Under the pieces are notes generated by a model. That model made no database searches. It saw nothing but the letters and a program-made list of their open reading frames with translations, and was not told the DNA's origin. From contig JBAZUF010000004.1 of the NCBI GenBank assembly GCA_041661505.1, forward strand, positions 68,861 to 132,860: DNA of 64,000 nt. The letters run 5' to 3'. Within the stretch, counting starts at the first letter, position 1, and the number at the start of each line of letters is the position of its first letter. Positions 9,293 to 17,268 of the stretch are shown piece by piece. The DNA is from Patescibacteria group bacterium (GTDB taxonomy: Bacteria; Patescibacteriota; Patescibacteriia; Patescibacteriales; JBAZCA01). The position numbers and the translations under genes are program-made.

Positions 9293-10733
9293 CTTCGCCT
9301 AGTATCAATATGAAATCCGGCGTGTTAATATCGGTTTTGCCGGCGTTGTCATTTTTTAGCTCCTCGGTAAGCCAGTCAGGCACGTCAAAGGAAACGTTGG
9401 CGCCGGTTTTTTCTTTAAGGATTCCCAAAGAATCTTTTTTGGCTCCGAAAGTAAGGTCGTATATTACCGACTTTTGGAAATTTTGATGGCTGGAATTGCT
9501 TATCCTGGTTATTTCAAAGCCGTATTTTTCCAAGTCAACCGATACCTGCCCGGCCAAGCCGTTGATCCAGGTTCCGTTTTTCAGTTCGACTTTAGTTTTT
9601 TCGACATCAACTTTATGGCTATCCTCGGCCGGCGGGGCGGAAAATGCGTTCTGGACCATATAGCGGATTTCTTTGAAATCACCTGACTTCGGCTGGAGGA
9701 TATAGGCGCCGTCCTGTCCTACGGCGTTGACCAAAAGCCCGCCCGCCCGGTTGTCAAGGACTTGATTAGTAATATTGGCTTTATCCACGTCCTTGACCAG
9801 ATCCCAGAACTTGTAGACTTCCCAAATCTCGATATCGGTGCTGATATGTTCGCTTAAATCGGATATGATATTCTTAATCGCCATTGGCTTGAAAATCATA
9901 TTAATGGAAAGGATTTTTTCTTTGGCGGCTTCAATGATTTTTTGCTGCCTTTTCGCGCGGGCGAAATCCGACCCTTCGACTCCGGCGGCATGCCGCGAAC
10001 GGGCGTATTTTAAAGCTAGAGAGCCGTTCATTTCCTGCCAGCCCTGTTCAACATGCAGATGCTCATAGCGGGAATTCCACGGGCCGTCTTCGTTGCCTAA
10101 AACCGGATAAGAATAATCGTCCAAAGTATTATCAACATAAACTTTAACTCCGCCCAGCTCGTCGATAATTTTAGTAAAGCCGGCAAAATCAACGCGGACA
10201 AAATAATGGATCGGTATTCCCAAAAGGTCGCCGACGGCCTGGGAAGCGGCCTGGCCGCCAGAGCCCGGGGTTTTCATTTCGGCGTATGAGCCGACGGAAT
10301 TTATTTTTTTCCATCCCATGCCTTCTACCGGAACTACTAAATCGCGGGGAATGGAAAGAAGAAATACTTTTTTGGTGGACGGTTCGATGCTCGCCAGCAT
10401 CATCGTATCAGTCAAATAAGCCCCGTCATGGCCTTTGCCGCCGATTCCCAAAAGAAGGATATTGATTCGGTTTTCTTCTTCGCCTTTCAGCTTCCGATCC
10501 GCGCTTTCGACCAAGGTGTTAAATTGTTCTAAAATCGGCATGTGCTTTATCCAGGAATAGGAGCTTTTTTCAGAAATTAGGGTCTGGGAAAAAAAGAACG
10601 CAAGGCTTACGCCGAGGAAAACAAAAAAATAAACGGCTTTTTTGAGCCAGTTTTTTTTCTTTTCGACAGGCGGGGCTATTACGGCCTCATTGTCTTGGCT
10701 GCCGAATGGCTGGTTGTTTGGCTTCTCTAGCAT
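9279..10733 (-). CDS. LytR-CpsA-Psr (LCP) family cell-envelope phosphotransferase
   Basis: N-terminal TM segment, LCP core INILLLGIGGKGHDGAYLTDTMMLASI...SIPRDL...RSRH, and a LytR_C-like C-terminal domain. It overlaps the der start by 14 nt. Confidence 0.85.
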   Translation of the reverse strand: MLEKPNNQPFGSQDNEAVIAPPVEKKKNWLKKAVYFFVFLGVSLAFFFSQTLISEKSSYSWIKHMPILEQFNTLVESADRKLKGEEENRINILLLGIGGKGHDGAYLTDTMMLASIEPSTKKVFLLSIPRDLVVPVEGMGWKKINSVGSYAEMKTPGSGGQAASQAVGDLLGIPIHYFVRVDFAGFTKIIDELGGVKVYVDNTLDDYSYPVLGNEDGPWNSRYEHLHVEQGWQEMNGSLALKYARSRHAAGVEGSDFARAKRQQKIIEAAKEKILSINMIFKPMAIKNIISDLSEHISTDIEIWEVYKFWDLVKDVDKANITNQVLDNRAGGLLVNAVGQDGAYILQPKSGDFKEIRYMVQNAFSAPPAEDSHKVDVEKTKVELKNGTWINGLAGQVSVDLEKYGFEITRISNSSHQNFQKSVIYDLTFGAKKDSLGILKEKTGANVSFDVPDWLTEELKNDNAGKTDINTPDFILILGEDANK

Positions 10734-11022
10734 ACTGAAAAATAATGTTTTTATCTTAGCCCGGCGAAATTAATTTAAAATTAAAACACGAAAATCAGAT
10801 TTTTCAAGTCCTTTCCTATTATATCATAAGATTTGCGTATTTAACAAGCCGCCGAATTTTAGGCCAATTTTATCCGCCGATCTTCTTTAACCGGCCGGAT
10901 TTGCCAAATTAATTTTTTAATGTTATATTTATCCAATAAAGAAAAGCCCCTTAATCTTATTTGGCCGGAAGGGCTGTTTAAGTATTTTTGTATCGGCCGT
11001 TTTAAAATAATTTACCTTATAT

Positions 11023-11595
11023 ATGGCAAGAAATTTTTTTTCTTTTGTTTTGGAATTAGTTAAAATCGTCGTAATATCCTTGGTGATAATCATCCCGGTC
11101 AGGCAGTTTTTAATCCAGCCTTTTTACGTTAAAGGAGCTTCAATGGAACCGAGTTTTTATGACCAGGAATATTTGATAATTGATGAATTGTCTTACCATT
11201 TAAAGACTCCGCAGCGGGGCGATATCATCGTCTTTCGCTATCCCAAGAACCCTCAGGAATTTTTTATTAAACGGGTAATCGGCCTGCCGGGGGAAAAAGT
11301 CCAGATTAAAGACGGAGGCGTATATATTATAAATAAAAAGAATCCTGACGGAATAGCCCTTGACGAGCCTTATTTGACGTCCGGCGTGAAAACTTACGGC
11401 TACTCGGACAATGAAATTACGAGTCTGGGGGATAATGAGTATTATGTTATGGGAGACAACCGCGGCTCTTCCAAAGATTCAAGAAGCTTCGGGCCGGTCA
11501 ACAAAAGCTTCATCATCGGAAAAGTATTTTTCCGGGGATGGCCGTTTGATAAAGTAAAAGTATTTAATAGCGACCCGGCGTATAACGGCGTATAG
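11023..11595 (+). CDS. lepB: Signal peptidase I
   Basis: N-terminal TM segment, Ser box GASMEPSF, Lys box KRVIGLPGE, and box E GDNRGSSKDSR. Confidence 0.9.
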   Translation: MARNFFSFVLELVKIVVISLVIIIPVRQFLIQPFYVKGASMEPSFYDQEYLIIDELSYHLKTPQRGDIIVFRYPKNPQEFFIKRVIGLPGEKVQIKDGGVYIINKKNPDGIALDEPYLTSGVKTYGYSDNEITSLGDNEYYVMGDNRGSSKDSRSFGPVNKSFIIGKVFFRGWPFDKVKVFNSDPAYNGV

Positions 11596-11690
11596 CCATT
11601 AATTTTTCAATTCTCAAACAATAATTGTCGATTGCCGATTAAACTGCCTGATGCGGGCGGACAGAAAGGCGATTGCCGATTGGATAAATT

Positions 11691-13121
11691 ATGCCAAGAG
11701 GAAAAGCTAAAAAAGAGGACAAATCAAAAGATAAAAATGCTAAGGCTCCCCGGGAAAGGACTTACAGCCGCTTAAGGGGAATGAAAGATATTCTTTTCGA
11801 CGAGTATAGATATTTTGATTTGGTCATCCAAAAGGCCAAAGATCTGGCGGAAACTTACGGTTTTAACCAGATTGAAACCCCGATTTTGGAAAGAGCCGAG
11901 CTTTATGAGCGGGCTACGGGAAAAACTACCGACATAGTATCCAAGGAGATGTATGTCTTCGCCGATAAAAACGGCGAACGGATAGCCCTGCGGCCGGAAC
12001 TGACTCCGAGCCTGGTCCGAACCTATATTGAGCATGGAATGTTCAACCTTCCCCAGCCGGTAAAAATGTTTTTAATCGGCTCGAATTTCCGCCACGAAAA
12101 ACCCCAGTCCGGACGCCAGCGCCAGCACCACCAGTTTGGTTTGGAAATGTTCGGGGAGGAAAAGCCGGCGGCCGACGCCCAGGTAATTTTAATCGCTTAT
12201 AATTTTTTCAAAGAACTGCAAGTAAGCGTCCAGGTCCAGATTAATTCAATCGGCTGTAAAGAGTGCCGGGCGGAATACGAAAAAAAATTGATTGAGTTCT
12301 ATAATGAAAGAGGGAAGCGCTCCAAGCTTTGCCCGGACTGCAAAAAGCGGCTCCGAAAAAATCCTTTGCGCCTTTTGGACTGCAAAGAGCCGGGCTGTGT
12401 TCTGGTCCGCCAAGACGCGCCCCAAATTGTTGATTTTCTTTGCGAGCCGTGCAAGAATCATTTTATTAAAGTTTTGGAATTTTTGGATGAATTGAACGTA
12501 CCCTATAATCTTAATCCTTATCTGGTCCGCGGACTGGACTATTATAACCGGACAGTCTTTGAAATTTGGCCTGCCCACGCTGAAGCTTCGGCGGGCGAAC
12601 CCGCGAGCGAAACCCCTGCAATAGAAGCCGGAAAGGGCAAGCCATCGGGAGAAGAGCGGACGGCTGACTTGCCCCGGCAAGCGGCTTTAGGCGGCGGCGG
12701 GCGTTATGACGGACTGGTTGAGTATATGGGCGGCCGGCCGACTCCGGGTTTAGGTTTTGGATTGGGTTTGGAACGGACCATCGCCAAAATTAAGGAGAAG
12801 AATATCCCTTTGAAAAAAAACGGAGAGCCGATTGTATTTATCGCCCAATTAGGCGACGCCTCAAAAAGAAAAGCCATGGCGCTTTTTGAAGATTTGCGGC
12901 GCGCCGGAATTTCGGTCAGACAGGCTTTTACCAAGGATTCGTTAAAATCCCAGCTCGAAGAAGCTAACCGGCTGGAATCGAAGTTCAGCTTGATTTTAGG
13001 GCAAAAGGAAGTGGTTGACGGGACGGTTTTAATCCGCGATATGGAATCAGGCATCCAGGAAGTGATCGATTATAATAAAATAAAAGGGGAAATCACCAAA
13101 AGAATTTCAGAAAAAAAATAA
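11691..13121 (+). CDS. hisS: Histidine--tRNA ligase
   Basis: RGMKDIL, motif 2 FRHEKPQSGRQRQHHQFGLEMFG, motif 3 GGGGRYDGL, and an anticodon-binding C-terminus. It also has a Lys-rich N-terminal extension, a Cys-rich insertion domain and a low-complexity insert (see findings). Confidence 0.93.
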   Translation: MPRGKAKKEDKSKDKNAKAPRERTYSRLRGMKDILFDEYRYFDLVIQKAKDLAETYGFNQIETPILERAELYERATGKTTDIVSKEMYVFADKNGERIALRPELTPSLVRTYIEHGMFNLPQPVKMFLIGSNFRHEKPQSGRQRQHHQFGLEMFGEEKPAADAQVILIAYNFFKELQVSVQVQINSIGCKECRAEYEKKLIEFYNERGKRSKLCPDCKKRLRKNPLRLLDCKEPGCVLVRQDAPQIVDFLCEPCKNHFIKVLEFLDELNVPYNLNPYLVRGLDYYNRTVFEIWPAHAEASAGEPASETPAIEAGKGKPSGEERTADLPRQAALGGGGRYDGLVEYMGGRPTPGLGFGLGLERTIAKIKEKNIPLKKNGEPIVFIAQLGDASKRKAMALFEDLRRAGISVRQAFTKDSLKSQLEEANRLESKFSLILGQKEVVDGTVLIRDMESGIQEVIDYNKIKGEITKRISEKK

Positions 13122-13216
13122 TTTTGAATGGCTAAAAGATCCGGCCTTGGATGAGCATAAATAATGCGGTTCCGGGGGAGGATAAGGCGGCCATACAGCA
13201 GAACGGAGGTGAAACT

Positions 13217-13447
13217 ATGGTAGAATTCAGAAGAAAAAAAGGCGAGAGTTTTGAAAGTTTCCTTAGGCGTTTTAACCGAAGGCTGGTTCAATCTGGGAAA
13301 CTCCTGGAAGCCCGGGCTAAACAGCGCCATAGCGGAAAGAAAAGCCGGAACCTGGTAAAAAAATCCGCCCTGATCCGGTTAAAATATAAATCCCAGCAGG
13401 AATATTTAAGAAAGACCGGAAAGCTGAAAGAAGACGACTTCCGATAA
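13217..13447 (+). CDS. rpsU: 30S ribosomal protein S21
   Basis: MVEFRRKKGESFESFLRRFNRRLVQSGKLLEARAKQRH fits the S21 pattern. ATG 13217 is preceded by GGAGGTG, so the track start at 13151 is probably too far upstream. Confidence 0.8.
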   Translation: MVEFRRKKGESFESFLRRFNRRLVQSGKLLEARAKQRHSGKKSRNLVKKSALIRLKYKSQQEYLRKTGKLKEDDFR

Positions 13448-13460
13448 TCGCAAGCAAGTA

Positions 13461-13497
13461 AAAACGCCCCGCATAATTATTATGCGGGGCGTTTTTT
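13461..13497. terminator. Bidirectional intrinsic terminator (rpsU / rel), carrying the CCCCGCA...TGCGGGG palindrome
   Basis: aaaacgccccgcataa-tta-ttatgcggggcgtttt forms a 16-bp stem with an A-run and a T-run on either side. Confidence 0.7.
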
Positions 13498-13532
13498 GCT
13501 GTAAGTTTTTTCAAAGCTCATTAAGGGAAAAT

Positions 13533-15017
13533 TTAACCTTTCATTCCCGGGATGTATTTTTTTATGCTTTTTAACTGTTCAAACCTGGAAGTCTTGACGA
13601 ATTGCTTTATCCGGCCCCGGGCTTTTCCCGTCTTGACGAATTTCAGCCAGTCTGAATTAGGGGATTTCCGATTTTTGTCGATAATGATTTCTACCAAATC
13701 GCCGTTTAAAAGTTCCGAATCGAGCGGCGCGATTTTGTCGTTCACCAAAGCCCCGACGCATTTATTTCCGATATCCGAATGGACTTCATAGGCAAAATCG
13801 ACCGGGGTTGAGCCTTCAGGCAAATCATAAACATCGCCTTTGGGGGTAAAAACAAAAATCCTATTTTTGAAAATATTAAACTTTAAGTCCTTGATGAAAT
13901 CGTGCGAAGTGACGGCGTGGCGCTGGATCTCTAAAATTTCTTTAACCCAAACCGGCTGGGAGGCGGCTATCTCTTTATGCCCGCCTTCTTTCTGCTTATA
14001 ATACCAATGAGCCGAGATTCCGTATAAAGCCTCTTCGTTCATCATCCGGTTTCTAATTTGGAATTCGGTCAATTTTCCGCCCGGACCGAAAACGGTCGTA
14101 TGCAAGCTCTGGTATCCGTTTGGTTTCGGCAGGGCGATATAATCTTTGAAGCGGTCTTTTTTCGGCTTCCATAAAGAATGGATGACGCCCAGGGTTTTAT
14201 AACAGTCCTCGATTGAATCGACGACGACCCTTAAAGCGAACACGTCCGAAATCTCGTTGAACTTCCGGTCTTTTATCTGCATTTTTTTATAGATGCTGTA
14301 CAGGTGCTTGAACCGGCCTTCAATTTCCGGGTTGATGCCGACTTTTTTCAGCTCGCGCCCCAAAAGGTTTTTTATTTTCTGGATGTACTGGTTGCGCTCG
14401 ACTTTCTTTTCCACTTCGTATATGTATTGGAGTTTTTTGTATTCTTCGGGATAAAGAAATTTAAAGCAGATGTCTTCCATCTGCCATTTTAATCTCCAGA
14501 TTCCCAAGAGCCCCGCGATCGGCGCGTAAATTTCCATAGTCTCTCTCGCGATCCGCTCCTGCTTTTCCGGCGGCAGGGCGTCAAGCGTCCGCAAATTATG
14601 CAGGCGGTCGGCAAACTTTATCAAGATAACGCGCAGGTCGTTGGCCATGGCGATAAACATCTTCCTTAAGCTCTCGAGATACCTTTCGACGCCGCGGTAT
14701 TTGATTTTTGATAATTTAGTAATGCCTTCGACCAATAAAGCGATTTCTTTGCCGAAATTTTTTTCAACGTCAGCCAGGCTGTATTCCGTATCCTCGGGAA
14801 CGTCATGCAAAATACCGGCGGCTATCGTATTGATATCCGCCTTCATTTGCGCCAGAATAAAAGCGGTATGGAGCGAGTGCTCAATATACGGGTCGCCGTT
14901 TTTCCTTTTTTGCCGGCCATGGGCTTTGTTGGCAAAATCAAAAGCCAGTTCCAATATATCCGTATCAGCCCTTTCATCATTTTCCTTTACTTTAGCGATT
15001 ATTTGGCCAATAGTCAT
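13533..15017 (-). CDS. relA: RelA/SpoT homolog, bifunctional (p)ppGpp synthetase/hydrolase, short form (HD + synthetase + TGS only)
   Basis: HD domain HDVPEDT, synthetase core PKPNGYQSLHTTV...FQIRNRMMNEEALYGISAHWYYK, and TGS IFVFTPKGDVYDLPEGSTPVDFAY. The protein ends about 45 aa after TGS (494 aa total). Confidence 0.9.
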   Translation of the reverse strand: MTIGQIIAKVKENDERADTDILELAFDFANKAHGRQKRKNGDPYIEHSLHTAFILAQMKADINTIAAGILHDVPEDTEYSLADVEKNFGKEIALLVEGITKLSKIKYRGVERYLESLRKMFIAMANDLRVILIKFADRLHNLRTLDALPPEKQERIARETMEIYAPIAGLLGIWRLKWQMEDICFKFLYPEEYKKLQYIYEVEKKVERNQYIQKIKNLLGRELKKVGINPEIEGRFKHLYSIYKKMQIKDRKFNEISDVFALRVVVDSIEDCYKTLGVIHSLWKPKKDRFKDYIALPKPNGYQSLHTTVFGPGGKLTEFQIRNRMMNEEALYGISAHWYYKQKEGGHKEIAASQPVWVKEILEIQRHAVTSHDFIKDLKFNIFKNRIFVFTPKGDVYDLPEGSTPVDFAYEVHSDIGNKCVGALVNDKIAPLDSELLNGDLVEIIIDKNRKSPNSDWLKFVKTGKARGRIKQFVKTSRFEQLKSIKKYIPGMKG

Positions 15018-15139
15018 ATGATTAGATAAGCTTTTACAATTAGATGTTTTGTGATACTATATTAGTATAAATTCGCGCCGCAGTCAAAGTGAACAAAGCC
15101 CGCGGGCTTATTATAAAAAAGAATTATTAAAAACAAATT

Positions 15140-15988
15140 ATGTATAATATAATTCCTTTGGTATTAATCATGATCAGCTTGAGCATAATGCTAAGCATCG
15201 TAGTCCGGAAATTCTCGGCGCTCGCCAATTTGGACATCGAGAGCATGCCGGCGGAAAAGGAAAGCCGTTTTAAAGAGCGGATTATTTCCAACCGCCTGAA
15301 AAGGAATTTAACGAAATGGGGCGCGAGCCTTATGAAGGTTTTACGCTTTATCGCCCAGAATTTAGGCAAGGGTTTTTCTTACGTTTTGAGCCGGCTGGAT
15401 AAAATGAAAGACAAATATCAGGAAGAAAGCATCTTAAACAAAAAGAAGCAGGGCGACCCGGGGAAGCTGGCCGAACAGCTATTCCTTGATGCCGACGCCC
15501 TAATTAAAGACGGGTCGCTCGAGGAGGCCGAAAAGAAATTTATTGAAATCATCAGCCTCCAAAGCCGCAGCCTAAAGGCCTTTAAAAAATTAGCCGACTT
15601 GTATATTCTGAAAAAACAATTTGACGAAGCCAAACAGACTCTCGAGCATATTCTAAAATTGATTGAAGATGAGGAAGTGGTTTTGATGAAGAGTAAGGAT
15701 GAAGGTTCGGAAGACCAGTTAAAAACCCTAAACCTCGAACGGGGACAGATCCACTTTGATTTGGCGTCGGTTTTTCGGGGAAAAGAAAATTTGGAACAAG
15801 CGGGCAAAAGCATGAAAGAAGCGTTAAAAATCGAGCCGTCCAATCCGAAATACCTTGACACCATGATAGAAATTAGTATAATGGGAAAAGATAAAATTGC
15901 CGCGCTGGACGCTTTTAAAGCGCTGGAAAAAGCCAACCCGGAGAACCAGAAATTGGCCGAATTAAAAGAACAAATTAGCGAGTTATAG
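15140..15988 (+). CDS. Membrane-anchored TPR repeat protein
   Basis: N-terminal TM segment (IIPLVLIMISLSIMLSIVV) followed by TPR-like helical repeats (EEAEKKFIEIISLQSRSLKAFKKLADLYILKKQFDEAKQTLEHIL...). Confidence 0.7.
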   Translation: MYNIIPLVLIMISLSIMLSIVVRKFSALANLDIESMPAEKESRFKERIISNRLKRNLTKWGASLMKVLRFIAQNLGKGFSYVLSRLDKMKDKYQEESILNKKKQGDPGKLAEQLFLDADALIKDGSLEEAEKKFIEIISLQSRSLKAFKKLADLYILKKQFDEAKQTLEHILKLIEDEEVVLMKSKDEGSEDQLKTLNLERGQIHFDLASVFRGKENLEQAGKSMKEALKIEPSNPKYLDTMIEISIMGKDKIAALDAFKALEKANPENQKLAELKEQISEL

Positions 15989-16067
15989 AATTAAAGCACG
16001 TAGCCTGATGTTGCGCGGCAGAAGCCGCGTATTGCGGATTACGTGTTGTATATTTTTACGAAATAAT

Positions 16068-16136
16068 GCCGGCGTAGCTTCCGCCGCAGGCGGACAGGCA
16101 GCTGGTACCCCATTTCCGCAGAGCATGGTTATGAGT
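16068..16136 (+). pseudogene. tRNA-Thr-derived 5' fragment with hairpin insertions
   Basis: Composition is gccggcgtagct, a 19-nt insert, cagctggta, a 16-nt replacement, then catggttatgagt. The segments align with positions 1-12, 13-21 and 31-43 of the adjacent tRNA-Thr. There is no 3' half. Confidence 0.6.
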
Positions 16137-16148
16137 AAAAAATAATAT

Positions 16149-16221
16149 GCCGACGTAGCTCAGCTGGTAGAGCAACTCCATGGTAAGGAGTAGGTCCGCG
16201 GTTCGAATCCGCGCGTCGGCT
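16149..16221 (+). tRNA. tRNA-Thr (anticodon GGT)
   Basis: Hand-folded cloverleaf of 73 nt: acceptor gccgacg/cgtcggc, D stem gctc/gagc, anticodon stem actcc/ggagt with loop atGGTaa, and T arm cgcgg-ttcgaat-ccgcg. No CCA is encoded. Confidence 0.9.
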
Positions 16222-16238
16222 CAAAAAACACTAAATAT

Positions 16239-16312
16239 CAGCTGGTACCCCGCAGATGCGGGGCATGGTAAGGAGTAGGTCTGCCCCGCAAAATGCGGGG
16301 CGCGTCGGCTCA
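16239..16312 (+). pseudogene. tRNA-Thr-derived 3' fragment with stems replaced by GC-rich hairpins
   Basis: Composition is cagctggta, ccccgcagatgcgggg, catggtaaggagtaggtc (exact match to the tRNA), tgccccgcaaaatgcgggg (in place of the T arm), then cgcgtcggctca (exact 3' acceptor). Confidence 0.6.
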
Positions 16313-16317
16313 AGCAA

Positions 16318-16348
16318 AAACATCCTAAAACTAGGATGTTTTTATTTT
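16318..16348 (+). terminator. Intrinsic terminator closing the tRNA-Thr transcription unit
   Basis: aaacatccta-aaac-taggatgttt hairpin followed by ttattttg. Confidence 0.65.
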
Positions 16349-16361
16349 GCCGTGCCCGGAA

Positions 16362-16390
16362 TTGACAGCTTGGTCGTTTTTTGTTATATT
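16362..16390 (+). promoter_or_regulatory. Putative promoter TTGACA-17 nt-TATATT for the small membrane protein/lipoprotein/DUF2207 genes
   Basis: TTGACA at 16362-16367 and TATATT at 16385-16390. Confidence 0.45.
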
Positions 16391-16502
16391 TATTCGTTAT
16401 TCCTGCACATTTAAATAGGGTTAAAAATGAAACCAAATTTTATTATTGGTACTAGAATAGGGTATGAATTGGACAATTCAATTCAAGTTAAGGAGGAGAA
16501 AA

Positions 16503-16736
16503 ATGTTTTCTGTCTTTGTTCAGGTAATGCGCTGGGGGATCAAACCCCGGGGCGAAAATGAAAACCGGGGACGGTTTTACCTTCGAGCCGTCTTGGTTCA
16601 GTCGGCAAAGACGGCCGTAGTGGGCCTGGCAATCTCTTGGCTGGCCGCAGAATATGTTTCATTTACTGTTGCCGTAGCAATTTTTATTTGCTTCGTAGCG
16701 ATCGGCGTTATATTAGGGCTGGCCGTTTGCGGCTGA
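16503..16736 (+). CDS. Small membrane protein, unknown function
   Basis: ATG 16503 is preceded by AAGGAGGAG. The 77-aa product has two hydrophobic segments. The track start at 16464 lacks an RBS. Confidence 0.5.
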   Translation: MFSVFVQVMRWGIKPRGENENRGRFYLRAVLVQSAKTAVVGLAISWLAAEYVSFTVAVAIFICFVAIGVILGLAVCG

Positions 16737-16806
16737 TTAGTTAATGTTTTTTAACCAATTAAGAACACCTCGTTTTTCAACGGAAAGGAGTGTAGTGGTG
16801 AATAAA

Positions 16807-17139
16807 ATGTTGAGAGTGCTGGTTACGGCTGTTTTTATCGCCGGAGCTTCCATGCTTTCCGGCTGTGCCGGATTGGACCAGAGCCCGGACGGGAGGCAAT
16901 TCCAGCAAACCCCCGGAAAGCCAGCTGTTTCGCCGGCCGAACCAACCAAAAAAGCTCCGGTAACAATGGCCAGCCGCGGAGCCCAATCCAGGGCTTCTGG
17001 CACGGCGGCCTTTAACCCATTTACCTCTTTCCCGCGGCAGGCGGACTTCTGCTCCGATGGGAGAGAGTTATTCGGCTATGGCCGGGAAAAAAAACCGGCC
17101 AATTCTGACGTGGTCACTCCGCTTCCATACGAGAGGTGA
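16807..17139 (+). CDS. Putative lipoprotein, unknown function
   Basis: MLRVLVTAVFIAGASMLSGC carries a lipobox (LSGC) after a signal-like segment. AAGGAG lies upstream of ATG 16807. The mature part is Pro/Ala/Ser-rich. Confidence 0.6.
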   Translation: MLRVLVTAVFIAGASMLSGCAGLDQSPDGRQFQQTPGKPAVSPAEPTKKAPVTMASRGAQSRASGTAAFNPFTSFPRQADFCSDGRELFGYGREKKPANSDVVTPLPYER

Positions 17140-17268
17140 CCGCGTTAAGTTCGACCCGGAGGCTTGCGGCTGAAATCGCAAGTCCCCCGGGTTTCTTTAT
17201 TATTTGGCCAGGCTTAACACCCGGCTATTTTTTTTGTATAATGGAAGCGCTAACAATAAGGGAAATTT

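Noticed and set aside
11596-11690. T-box riboswitch upstream of hisS
   Set aside because: The leader is only 95 nt. It has no specifier-loop/T-box (AGGGUGGNACCGCG-like) sequence and no terminator/antiterminator pair.
16221-16436. 71-aa minus-strand ORF, and likewise the 177-aa minus-strand ORF at 22710..23243
   Set aside because: The first overlaps the tRNA-Thr 3' fragment and terminator. The second overlaps tRNA-Tyr and the 5' end of the NMO-like gene. Neither has an RBS or recognisable motifs.
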